64,000 nucleotides of DNA. It comes from Pseudomonadota bacterium. Lineage in GTDB: Bacteria; Myxococcota_A; Polyangia; GCA-2747355. The stretch lies in contig JADJDT010000029.1 of the NCBI GenBank assembly GCA_016702545.1, forward strand, positions 10,500-74,499, in the 5' to 3' direction. Below are positions 10,578-19,648 of this stretch, in pieces. The position numbers and the translations under genes were made by a program. The notes below the pieces were generated by a model, which worked only from the letters and a program-made list of their open reading frames with translations, was not told the origin of the DNA and did no database searches. How positions within the stretch are numbered: position 1 is the first letter of the stretch; each line of letters starts with the position of its first letter.

Positions 10578-12302
10578 CTAGCGCTCCGGGCGCGGGAGCA
10601 GCGGGGGGGGCTGGGGGCGCGGGGGTTGGCGTTTGAGGTCGAGGTCGGCGATCAGCAGGGCCGGTGCTGCCACCGAGGAGGCCACCCACCGCGGATCCGG
10701 CTGATCGGCGAGCAGGGCGGGGCCCGCGGCGTTGTCGACGTAGGCCTCCCGACCGGCGGCCAGCACGCGCTTGAAGGCGCCGAGTGGGATCGCCGCGAGC
10801 TCGAGGCCGCGCAGCGGGATCTCCTGGCCGTCGGCGGTGACCTTGAGCACGACCAACGGCCGCAGCCGCGGGGTCGCCGCCGAGCGAACGAGCTCGCCCA
10901 GCGTGGCGAGCTTGCCGGGGAGCGCCAACGCGCGGACGATCAGTCCGTAGTCCTCGCCCGCCCGCTTGGCCTCTTGCAGCAAGCGGCGCACGAGCTGCGC
11001 TCGGGAGAGGCCGCCTCCTGCGCTCAGCAGCAGGTTGCCCGGCCGCGCCGCGGCGGGCCCGAAGATCGCGTAGCGCCCGTGCCCCGTCGAGCCGACGAGC
11101 CCGCGCCGGGGCGTGAGCGCCATCAGCAGACCCGCGAGCTGCCCGCGCCGCACGAGCTGCACGCGTCGCGGGGGCGTGCCCTCGTCGTCCGCCGCGTAGC
11201 TGCCGACGAGGGGTTGATCCGCGTAGCGCGTGAGGGTGGGGTCGTCGACGAGGTCCAGGTTGTTCGCGACCACCTGCCGGCCGAGCTTGCCCTCGAAGGC
11301 GGTGTCGGCTCGCAGCGGGTCGGGCAGGCCCTGCAAGGGCGTTGTTCCGCTCAGGTGCGCCGCCAGCAGCACGCGCACGAGCTGCGCTGCTGCGCGGCCC
11401 TCGAAGAGCACGGGGCCGCTGTAGTCCTCGCCGCGGGGCGCCGTGCGACGCAGCACCAGGGCGTGGAGGGTGTCGCGCCAGGCGGCGGCCATGGCCGCCG
11501 CGGGAGGCAGCGCGTCCAGCGTCGGCGCGGCGACCTGCCAGCGCGCCTCGAGCGCCTCGCCGTCGCTGGGCCGGGTCGAGGCCCGGGCCGCGACCTCGAC
11601 CAGCGATTGGACGTCGCGGATCAAGGCACCCGTGCTCGAGACCAGCGTGCGGGTCGTCGTGCCGACCCGCAGCGCGATCGCGGCCTCATCGACCGCGGGG
11701 AAGTCCCAGCACAGCGCGCTCAGGCGCCGCACCAGGGCCTCGGCGCGGCCGGCAGCGGGCGTCGTCGGCTCGTCACTCGCGGTCGCCAGGCGCTGGCCGG
11801 TGGGCAGCACGAAGTCCGCCGGGTGGTCGGCGTCGCGCGGGGCCTGCGCCGCCGCTGCACGCTGTATCTCGAAGGCCTCCACGGCCTGCTTGTAGGCGGC
11901 ATCCGTCGCCAGCCAAATGCGGCGACGCAGCGCCTGGTAGTCGTCGTCGAGCGGCAGCGGCGTCTGGCCGCTGACCTCGCTGGCGCTGCCGGCCCGGCGG
12001 GCGTTGTCGAGCTGCGGGCTGCCGACGCGCAGGCTGACCACCAGCCCCCGGCTGCGCTCCTGCGCCTGGCGCACCAGGCCGCCGAACTCCCCGGCCACCT
12101 GCAGCGCGCGCACGTCGTGCACGGTATAGGCGACATAGTAGGGTGGCGGCACGCCGGGTAGCTGCATCGTGCGCGTCCGCGCCAGCTCATCGCGCAGTGC
12201 CCGCACGAGCGGTTCGGTCTCCAGGCTCGGTTCAGCGCGCAGGCTGCACGGCGCGGCGACGATCGCCACCAGCGCTCCCAGCAGCGGCCAACGGCACCTC
12301 AT
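10578..12302 (-). CDS. Exported PmbA/TldE-like metallopeptidase-family protein
   Basis: 574 aa with a signal peptide (MRCRWPLLGALVAIVAAPCSLRAEPS). The overall layout resembles the TldD/PmbA family and it is 4-nt-coupled to the upstream TldD-like gene. It lacks the H-E-x-x-x-H-type motif seen in its partner. Confidence 0.75.
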   Translation of the reverse strand: MRCRWPLLGALVAIVAAPCSLRAEPSLETEPLVRALRDELARTRTMQLPGVPPPYYVAYTVHDVRALQVAGEFGGLVRQAQERSRGLVVSLRVGSPQLDNARRAGSASEVSGQTPLPLDDDYQALRRRIWLATDAAYKQAVEAFEIQRAAAAQAPRDADHPADFVLPTGQRLATASDEPTTPAAGRAEALVRRLSALCWDFPAVDEAAIALRVGTTTRTLVSSTGALIRDVQSLVEVAARASTRPSDGEALEARWQVAAPTLDALPPAAAMAAAWRDTLHALVLRRTAPRGEDYSGPVLFEGRAAAQLVRVLLAAHLSGTTPLQGLPDPLRADTAFEGKLGRQVVANNLDLVDDPTLTRYADQPLVGSYAADDEGTPPRRVQLVRRGQLAGLLMALTPRRGLVGSTGHGRYAIFGPAAARPGNLLLSAGGGLSRAQLVRRLLQEAKRAGEDYGLIVRALALPGKLATLGELVRSAATPRLRPLVVLKVTADGQEIPLRGLELAAIPLGAFKRVLAAGREAYVDNAAGPALLADQPDPRWVASSVAAPALLIADLDLKRQPPRPQPPPLLPRPER

Positions 12303-14056
12303 GGCGCACCCGAGGGCACGCCCGGCGGCGGCAGCACCGGCGCGCTTTGACGGCGCCAGGCCGCCCGCGTCAGCTCGAGGTGGGCCAGCAGCACGCTCGG
12401 GCTGGCGATCGACGCCGGCACCAGCCCCGACTCGGCGCCGCAGTAGCCGTTGAAGACCGCCAGGTCGTCCCCGGCGGCCAACACCTGAGACAGCGCCGTC
12501 AAGGGCGTGCCCTCGATGTCGGCGCCGCGCACCAGCTCCTCGCGCCCGTCGGGATAGACGCGATAGACCAGCACCGGGGTGACCTTGAAGGCCTGGGGCA
12601 GCGCGCGATCGGTCGTGGTGAAGCCGCCGCTGACGAGGCCCAAGCGCAGCCCGTAACGCTTGCCCTGCCGCTTGATCTCCGCCAGCAGCATCCGGCGCAG
12701 CGCCGCGGGCGCGACGGTGCTGCGCGGCTGCACGATCAGGTTGCCCTGGCGCGCTACGACGGGTAGGCCCTCCTGGCGCCGCCCGTGGCCGTTGGAGCGG
12801 GGGAAGCCGGCGATCGGCCGGCGCGACATCAGAAAGCCGCGCAGCACCCCCGCCTGCACGAGATCGACGCGCTGCGGCGGCACGCCCTCGTCGTCGATGC
12901 GGTAGTGGCCGGCCAGGGGCACCCCATTGAGCGTGCGGATCGTGGGATCGTCGTAGAGGTCGATGAAGGCGGGCATGATCGGCTGCCCGACCTGCTTGGC
13001 GAAGGTCTGGCCCTCGCGCTCATCGCGCTGGCGGTGACCCTCGACGCGATGACCGAAGACCTCGTGAAAGAGCACGGCCGCGGCGCGACCCTCGAGCAAG
13101 GCCGGACCACTGTAGGGCTCCGCCAGCGGCGCGCGCCGCAGGGCCGCGAGCTCGCTGGCGACCCGCTCCACCAGCTCGCGCACCACGGCGTCGGCCGGTA
13201 GCTGCTCGGGCGACTCGACGAGCACGCTCTCCTCGCGCACCAGGGTCATGCCGTCGGGGGCGCGCGCCAGCGCCGAGATGCGGAGCTGGGCGTAGCGGCG
13301 GCTGGACTGGGCCAGCGTGCCCTCACTGTTGGCGAGGTAGCGGGTCACCTGCTGGACCTGGAGCGCCACACGGCTGTCGAGCACCCCCGCCGCGCGAGCG
13401 AGCTGGGCGGAGTAGGTCCGCAGACGCTGCTCCCATGGCCGCGGATCGAGCGCTACGCGCGCCACGGGCTCGAGCTGGCGCCGCGGCGCCTCGCGCGAGA
13501 AGTCGTCGGAGCCGTCCTCGGGCCGCGCCTGCACCGCTCGTGCGCCGCGGGCCCCCAGCAAGGTCTGCTGCGCCCGGCGGTAGCTGCGATCGGTGGCCCA
13601 CCAGATGGTGGGGCGCAGCAGCGCGCTGTCGTCGTCGAGCGGCAGCACCCACAGCACCGAGGGTCGCTCGCGGGCTCGCTCGTGGCTGTTGTCGAGCCGG
13701 TAGTCGCCGACGCGCAGATCGACGTCGAGCGCGCGCCGATCCGAGCGCTCGGTGGCGAGCAACGCACCATCCGCGGCGGTGATCTCCAGCTCGTGGCGGT
13801 CCGTGAGCTCGTAGCCGAGGAAATAGGGCCGCGGCGCCGGCAGCTCCGCGAAGCGCCGGCTGTGACGGGCTAGCTCCTGCTGCAGGGCCCGGGTGGGGGC
13901 CGCGGGCTCGGCTGGCGGCAGGGCGGGCCCGTGGGTGAACGCCAGGCGCAAGGGCGCGCTTGGGGCCGCCGCCCGCGGTAGTCGCGGCGCGGTGCCGCGA
14001 GCGCCACAGCTCGCCAGTGGCATGTAGCATGCGATGAGAAGCAGAATGTGCCGCAT
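12299..14056 (-). CDS. tldD: Exported TldD-like zinc metallopeptidase (lipoprotein signal)
   Basis: 585 aa. HEVFGHRVEGHRQRDEREGQTFA matches the TldD active-site region. The N-terminus MRHILLLIACYMPLASCG has a lipobox-like LASC. Confidence 0.8.
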   Translation of the reverse strand: MRHILLLIACYMPLASCGARGTAPRLPRAAAPSAPLRLAFTHGPALPPAEPAAPTRALQQELARHSRRFAELPAPRPYFLGYELTDRHELEITAADGALLATERSDRRALDVDLRVGDYRLDNSHERARERPSVLWVLPLDDDSALLRPTIWWATDRSYRRAQQTLLGARGARAVQARPEDGSDDFSREAPRRQLEPVARVALDPRPWEQRLRTYSAQLARAAGVLDSRVALQVQQVTRYLANSEGTLAQSSRRYAQLRISALARAPDGMTLVREESVLVESPEQLPADAVVRELVERVASELAALRRAPLAEPYSGPALLEGRAAAVLFHEVFGHRVEGHRQRDEREGQTFAKQVGQPIMPAFIDLYDDPTIRTLNGVPLAGHYRIDDEGVPPQRVDLVQAGVLRGFLMSRRPIAGFPRSNGHGRRQEGLPVVARQGNLIVQPRSTVAPAALRRMLLAEIKRQGKRYGLRLGLVSGGFTTTDRALPQAFKVTPVLVYRVYPDGREELVRGADIEGTPLTALSQVLAAGDDLAVFNGYCGAESGLVPASIASPSVLLAHLELTRAAWRRQSAPVLPPPGVPSGAP

Positions 14057-14227
14057 CGACCCCGTCCGCGCGGCGCAGCATGATACGCCTCCGCCCGCCT
14101 GTCGAGGTCCGTCGCAGGGCTACCCTCGGGCGCCGCGCGACCTCCTCATCGCGGCGAAAAATGGGCGCAGGACGCGCTCGCCTTGGGCCTATCCCCTCCG
14201 CTCACCTGAGTTGAGGGGGAGGTCGAC

Positions 14228-14671
14228 CTACGACTCGCGCAGGTTGCGGTAGCGCAGACCCGGGAAGCGGGCGAAGTCGTCGTCGAGGGTCCACCATTCG
14301 CAGCCGTGCTCGATGGCGAGAGCGGCCAGGTAAGCGTCCGTCGTGTCACTGCCGCGAATCCCGGTTTGCTCGACGAGGTCCTGGAAGATACGCCAATGCC
14401 GTTGTGCGGGGTGGATGACGACCGCCCTGGGGTGGCGACGCCACGCATCGGCAAAGGCGAAGACCGCCCGTGTCGAGGGCGCGGGACGAAACACCCGCGG
14501 GTTGGTGCCGATGCGAACCACGGCGGCCAGCACCAGCTCTGAGACGGCGAGCGGCCCAGCGCTGCGGCGCAACTTTTCGAGCTGTGCGCGGCAGCGCTCG
14601 TGCATGGGTGCAGCAGCCACCATGCCGGCAAGCAGCACGTTCACGTCGCACAGAATCACTCGAGCTCCCAC
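14228..14671 (-). CDS. vapC: PIN-domain toxin, VapC family (second copy, unrelated in sequence to the first)
   Basis: 147 aa. Starts VILCDVNVLL; has GSDTTDAYLAALAIEHGCEWWTLDDDF, typical of the PIN C-terminal acidic residues. It overlaps the upstream antitoxin ORF. Confidence 0.8.
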   Translation of the reverse strand: MGARVILCDVNVLLAGMVAAAPMHERCRAQLEKLRRSAGPLAVSELVLAAVVRIGTNPRVFRPAPSTRAVFAFADAWRRHPRAVVIHPAQRHWRIFQDLVEQTGIRGSDTTDAYLAALAIEHGCEWWTLDDDFARFPGLRYRNLRES

Positions 14672-14889
14672 AACGCGCTGGTGTCGGTGAGGTTCACGCC
14701 CTTGCGCGGGCGCGCGTCGCGGATCACGGGGAGGGGTTCGATGTCGTCCGCTCCCGTCGTCGCCAGCTGGTGTGCCAGGTACATCCGAAGGCTGTCGGCG
14801 AGCAGCTCAGTCAGCGAGGTGTGCCTGGCGGCGGCGAGTTGCTTGGCTTGGACGAGCAGGTGCTCCGGCACGTTGACGGTGGTGCGCAT
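14656..14889 (-). CDS. vapB: Type II antitoxin partner of the second VapC
   Basis: The internal start MRTTVNVPEHLLVQAKQLAAARHTSLTELL (ATG at 14889; an alternative ATG at 14907) resembles the first antitoxin's N-terminus. The longer ORF reaching 15036 has an implausible N-terminal extension. Confidence 0.65.
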   Translation of the reverse strand: MRTTVNVPEHLLVQAKQLAAARHTSLTELLADSLRMYLAHQLATTGADDIEPLPVIRDARPRKGVNLTDTSALWELE

Positions 14890-15126
14890 GATGCCGTTAT
14901 GTCGCATCGATGCATCACCGTCAACGTCTCGCTGCCATGACTTCGCGCTGCCAAGCGAGGCGATCGCGGCGAGGAAGCAGCGCAGCCGTTCGGGAAAGGC
15001 GGAAAATTTTCGGTCGCTGAGGTCCGGGCGCTGCATGCATGGCCCCCGGGCGCCGACCCGGGATCGGGACGGCCCACCCAGCGCCGGGCGCGGGTGACCC
15101 CGTTGGTCGGGCGAGTGGTGCCGCGG

Positions 15127-16257
15127 CTAGCGGATCTCGCTCTGCGGGCGGGCCGGCGTGCGGTAGAGGTTCCACAGCGTGTCGGCGGGTAGGTTGGCGC
15201 TGCCGAGCGCTTCGAGCCCCTTGAGCTCGAGCGCATCGCGGTGCTGCTCGTACCAGCCGGCCTCGGCCAGATAGACCGTGCCGCTGCTCGCGTCATAGAG
15301 GCGCTCCTCGCCGCGGTAGGCGTCGATGCCCTTGTAGGCGGTGACGTCCTCGGTGCGGCTGCGCGCCTGCCAACCCTCGGCGACGATGTCTGAGGCCTCG
15401 CTCAGCGTGCGGCCGGCGGCGGCCACGGCGCCCCAGCTCGCTTGCTGCTGGCGCAGGCAGAAGTTGAAGTAGTCCTGGGTTAGGGTGAAGCTGTCGAGCG
15501 CCTCGACCAACCGTGCTTCGATCGCGTCGAAGTCGCCGGCCGGCGCCGTGGCGCCCAGCACGAGGTTGGCGTAGGCGAGGCCGCTGGCCCCGAGGAAGGG
15601 CGTCACGGTGACCAAGAGCTGCCCTTCGCCCACCGCGCTACCCTGCCGGAAGATCAGCCGCAGCAGCGCCGTCTGACCCTCTGCGAGCAGCGCCGGCTGC
15701 GGCGCGTTGCCGACGACCCCTGCTTCGTCCATCGACGGGAACTCCGCCATGAAGGCGCCCGCCGCCCGCATGCGGGCGAGCTGCGGCCAGGCCTCGACGA
15801 AGCCCTCCGGGGTCAGCGGCGTGACGACGGGCGCGTCGACCCAGGGGATGATCGCCGGATCACCGTGGGCCGCGGTCTGGTCGAATTGCTTGCGTTCGGC
15901 GCTGCGGTAGAAGGGACCGAGCGTGCCGAAGTAGAACACCTGTCGCAGCGGCTGCGCGGGATCGCGCGCGACGAAGGCCAACGTGGTGCACGAGCCCGCC
16001 GTGTGCACGTCCCAGCCCTTCGGCTTGCGCAGCGAATAAAAGCCCGTGTCGTGGAGCTCGAGCGCGAGCCCACCGGTAGCGCCCGCGGCGTCGCGGCCCG
16101 GCTTGCCACCGCCGTCGGCGGGCGCCGCGCGAGCATCACGGTCGCTTGCTCCAGGCCCGTCGCGCCCTCCTGCGCTTCCGCAGCCACCCGCGGCCGCGAC
16201 GACGATCAGCGCCACCACCCCGAACCACTGCCCCGCGAGCCACCCTGCGCATGCCAT
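15127..16257 (-). CDS. Hypothetical lipoprotein
   Basis: The start at ATG 16257 gives MACAGWLAGQWFGVVALIVVAAAGGCGS (TM plus lipobox-like AGGC). The frame has high GC3 and no motif I recognise. Confidence 0.6.
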   Translation of the reverse strand: MACAGWLAGQWFGVVALIVVAAAGGCGSAGGRDGPGASDRDARAAPADGGGKPGRDAAGATGGLALELHDTGFYSLRKPKGWDVHTAGSCTTLAFVARDPAQPLRQVFYFGTLGPFYRSAERKQFDQTAAHGDPAIIPWVDAPVVTPLTPEGFVEAWPQLARMRAAGAFMAEFPSMDEAGVVGNAPQPALLAEGQTALLRLIFRQGSAVGEGQLLVTVTPFLGASGLAYANLVLGATAPAGDFDAIEARLVEALDSFTLTQDYFNFCLRQQQASWGAVAAAGRTLSEASDIVAEGWQARSRTEDVTAYKGIDAYRGEERLYDASSGTVYLAEAGWYEQHRDALELKGLEALGSANLPADTLWNLYRTPARPQSEIR

Positions 16258-16542
16258 GGCCCACCTCCCCCCGACACCCGGCCGCCCAGCTCCCAAACGC
16301 GACCCTCTGCCGACCATCGTGCGCTCGTCGCGTGAGAGGCGCAACGGGGCCGATCGATGGGGGGCTGACCGCGATCGGTCGCAGGGCGCCGGGGAGGGGC
16401 AGGCGCATCAGCGTTCCAGGTGTCGGGGACGAAGGCTGAGGGGCTGACGCTGCTGTGACCTGCCCGGGGGGCGAGACGGCCTCGACGCTCGCTTGCTCTC
16501 GCGGGTCTGAGCCAGGTGGCAGACGGCCGCCGGTGCGGGACG

Positions 16543-16800
16543 TCAACCCATCGGCTTGGAGGTGGGAAGGGCGGCGCGCGAAGCGCTGAGGACGACGCAG
16601 AGTCGGTGTTGGCTAGCGCCTCCGCTCAGGACCTGCCCCCAGCGCGCTTCGAAGGTGGAGCGGGAGACGATTACGGGGCGGCCGAGGCGGCGCGGTGACT
16701 CGACGGTCACCTGCGCGCCGTCGAGGGCGTAGGGGATCGCATAGGTGTAGGCGTGTGCAGGCCGGCGGGTCAGCGTGCCGGCCTTCAAGGCGGCGATCAC
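16543..16800 (-). CDS. Hypothetical small protein
   Basis: 85-aa ORF with ~85% GC at third positions, counted by hand. The start is uncertain because the frame stays open upstream to the repeat element edge. No recognisable motif. Confidence 0.3.
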   Translation of the reverse strand: MIAALKAGTLTRRPAHAYTYAIPYALDGAQVTVESPRRLGRPVIVSRSTFEARWGQVLSGGASQHRLCVVLSASRAALPTSKPMG

Positions 16801-16898
16801 GAGCCGCTGGGCGCGGATCTCCCGCGCCAGGGCGTCCAGACTCGGAATGGACCGCAGCGCCGCCGCGTTGGGGATGGCCCGATTGACGACCTCTCAGC

Positions 16899-17081
16899 CT
16901 AGACCCAAAACAAGCGCGTCCCGCGCTCGTTTTGGGCCTAGATATGACTCAGGGGGCTTTCGCAAAGCCCCCTCGTCGCGGGGAGTGAATCCCCGCGACT
17001 TCACCCCATAACGCTCGCCATTCGGCTCGTCTAGCCCGAAAACAAACGGCTCGCGCCCAAGCGCGCTTGTTTTCGGCCTAG
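16899..17081 (-). mobile_element. MITE/REP-like four-hairpin element, copy A (inverted relative to copy B)
   Basis: The reverse complement aligns with 32708-32885, with about a dozen substitutions and one 3-nt indel. Both ends carry CTAG. Terminal hairpins are CCCAAAACAAGCGCG...CGCGCTCGTTTTGGG. Internal hairpins are GGGGGCTTT-CGC-AAAGCCCCC and GTCGCGGGGA-N5-TCCCCGCGAC. Confidence 0.8.
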
Positions 17082-17871
17082 AGCGCGCGGCGCTCGTCGG
17101 CGAGGACCCGCTGCGCCGATTCCAGGAAGAATCCCACGACATCGAGCGGCGGAGCGAGAGGCTCGCCCCCTCTTTCGCGGCGCGTGATCCGGCGAAAAGC
17201 GCGATGTGCGGCCGGCACGAACGGCCGCCAATCCACCGCCTCCAAATCGACTTCCTTTCCGGCCGCATCTTCCCCGCGCCAGGCGTCGCTTGCGGCCGGC
17301 TTCGACGGCCCGGGCCTCAGGCCGACGAGTGGCGGCCCCAACGACGCCGACTCCTTCGCCGGGTTGCCGGTCCCCGCCGCCGCGGCGTTCGCGATGGGTG
17401 TGGTCGCCGCGGGTGGCTGCTCGGAAACGATGCGCAGGCTGAAGCGTCGAAGCCAGGCGTTGGCAGCCTCGAGGTCGGCCGCCGCGCTACCCTGGAGGTC
17501 AGTATGCTCAGACGCCTCGGCCTTCTCATCGAGGGCGGGCGCCCAACCACCAGCAGGCGTCGCGGACGCTGCGTTCGAGTGCTCGCATCGGGGGCACTGA
17601 CCGGCGCCAGCCCTCGTTCGCCGGGCCCGTAGCGGCGGCTGGGCGCTTTCGCGGCCGCGAAGGTACGGGAGGCGCGATGCTTGAGATCGGAGGCGCCTTG
17701 CGTAAGCCGGTCGGACGGCCCGGTCGGTGAAGGAGCTACCGGGCAAGCCGCGCCACGGTGCCCGGGTCGCCGTGGTCGGGCGGTGGCCTCCGCGCTCAGC
17801 GCGCCGGCCCCTGAGCAGAGCATCACGAGCATCCAGATCGCTTCGCGTCGGGCACGGCAGGTCCTGGTCAT
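17078..17871 (-). pseudogene. Hypothetical secreted protein; the frame appears broken at G-run 17590-17594
   Basis: The signal-peptide-like start MTRTCRARREAIWMLVMLCSGAGALSAEA (ATG 17871) is in the frame of ORF 17317..18177. The high-GC3 C-terminal part (...EHTDLQGSAAADLEAANAWLRRF...VVGFFLESAQRVLADERRAL) is in the frame of ORF 17078..18058. One extra G at 17590-17594 joins them. The stop codon lies in the CTAG end of repeat copy A. Confidence 0.4.
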
Positions 17872-18248
17872 CGGCGAGGCTCCTTGCGGTGAGAGGCGAC
17901 GGCCGAGCGCTAAGCAAGGAACGTGCTTGGTCGCGTGCGATCGGGTGGTCACGCCGAGGAGGCTGCGAAGTGTCGATCGCAGCCTCATGATTACGATAGC
18001 TTCGACGCGCTTCACGCCAGAGCGTCGGCCGGGCGCCGCGAACGCGCGGCCGACGCACCCAGCCGGAAGCTCACCAGGACGTAGGATCGTCTCCAGACCA
18101 TCTCCCGGGACGTCGGTTTCGCCAGGTGGTGCACAGGGCTGGCCGAAGCGAGCCTTCGCCCAGCGTCCTGGAGGCACGTGACCCGAGCGCGATGGGCCGG
18201 GGGGCGATCCCGATGCAAGCAGACGCGCGGCGCCTTGCGCTCGGCTGC

Positions 18249-19648
18249 TCAGCGCTCGCCCGCCCCGCGGAAGTCGGCGGCCTCGACCCCGTAGCGGCGG
18301 AGCAGGCGGTAGAAGCTCTCGCGCTCGACGCCGGCGTGGGCCGCGGCCTCGGTGATTTGGCCGCGAAAGCGCCGCAGCACGGCCTCCAGGTAGCCGCGTG
18401 CCGCCTCGGCGCGGCCGCGCTCGAGCGCCTCGGACCAGCTGAGGGCGGCGAAGTCCGAAACGGTCGTCGGCTGCGTGGCGGTCGTGGCGAAGAGCTCGGG
18501 CGGGAAGTCGCTGACGTCGAGCTGTTCGTGTTGCGCCACGACGCAGGCGCGCTCGATCGCGGCGCGGAGCTGTCGCACGTTGCCGGGCCAGTCGTAGGCG
18601 TGGAGCGCTGCGCTGGCGGCGGCCGTCAGGCCGGAGCTGCGGCGCGCGGGCAGGCTCGCCGCGATCTCACGCAGAAAGTGGATCGTGAGCGCTTCGACGT
18701 CGTCCCGGCGCTCGCGCAGCGGCGGAATGCGCAGCGCCGCGACGTTGAGCCGGTACCAGAGATCCTCGCGGAAGGCGCCGCTTCGCACCAGCGCCTCGAG
18801 CGGCCGATGCGTGGCGGCGATGATGCGCACGTCCACCGCGCGCTCCGTCGATTCGCCGAGCCGCCGCACTGCCCGCTCCTCGAGCGCGCGCGTGAGCTTG
18901 GCCTGCAGCGAGAGCCGCAGCTCGCCGATCTCGTCGAGGAAGAGCGTGCCGCGGTGCGCGTCCTCGAACAGCCCGCCGCGGTCGCGCGCCGCCCCGCTGA
19001 AGGCGCCCCGGGCGTAGCCGAAGAGCTCGCTCTCCAGCAGCTCGCGGGGATCGCCGCGCAGTTGACGGCGACGAAGCGCTGCGATGCGCGGGGGCCGAGC
19101 TGGTGCAGGGCGCGGGCGATGCGCTCCTTGCCCGTGCCGGTCTCGCCCAGCAGCAGGGCCGTGGCATCGCTCTGCGCCACGCGATGCACCAGCTCCGCGA
19201 GCTGGCGCATTACCGCCGAGCGGGCGATCACGCCCGGCAAGACCTCGCTCGACTCCGCCCCCGTCGGCGGCGCCGCGGCCGCGCGGCCGAGCGCGCGCAA
19301 CACGACCGCCCGCGCGGCCTCGGGCGTGAAGGGCTTGGTCAGGTAGTCGTAGGCGCCCAGTCGCAGCGCCTCGACCGCCGTGCCGACGGAGGCATAGGCC
19401 GTCATCAGGATGAACTCGGTCTGCGCGCGCAGGCGCTTGCAGCCACGCAGCACCTCGAGACCGTCGAGGTCCGGCAGCCGCAGATCGCAGAGCACGACGG
19501 CGATCGGTTGCGCGGCCAGCACGCGTAGCGCCTCGGCGCCCCGCTCGGCCTTGAGGATCTGTGCGTCGGCGCGCAGCACCTTGGCCAGCAGGCGCAGCAT
19601 GTTGGGCTTGTCGTCGACAACCAGCACCAGCGGCTTCTCGCTGCTCAT
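18249..19648 (-). pseudogene. Sigma-54-dependent response regulator (NtrC family), frame broken at G-run 19046-19049
   Basis: Receiver domain ([10 protein letters not shown]...[13 protein letters not shown]...LTKPF), Walker A GETGTGKE, then AVNCAAIP. One extra base at that point restores [19 protein letters not shown]...[10 protein letters not shown]...VRIIAATHR...WPGNVRQL and a C-terminal HTH, which runs into ORF 18249..18869. Confidence 0.85.

Noticed and set aside
16801-16896. The idea that element copy A split one gene, with the open frame upstream of ORF 16543..16800 continuing the gene that ends at 17078
   Set aside because: Removing the 179 bp between the two CTAGs leaves a CTAG that still terminates the upstream gene, and the two frames do not align (179 mod 3 = 2). 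The open frame is probably a GC-rich coincidence.
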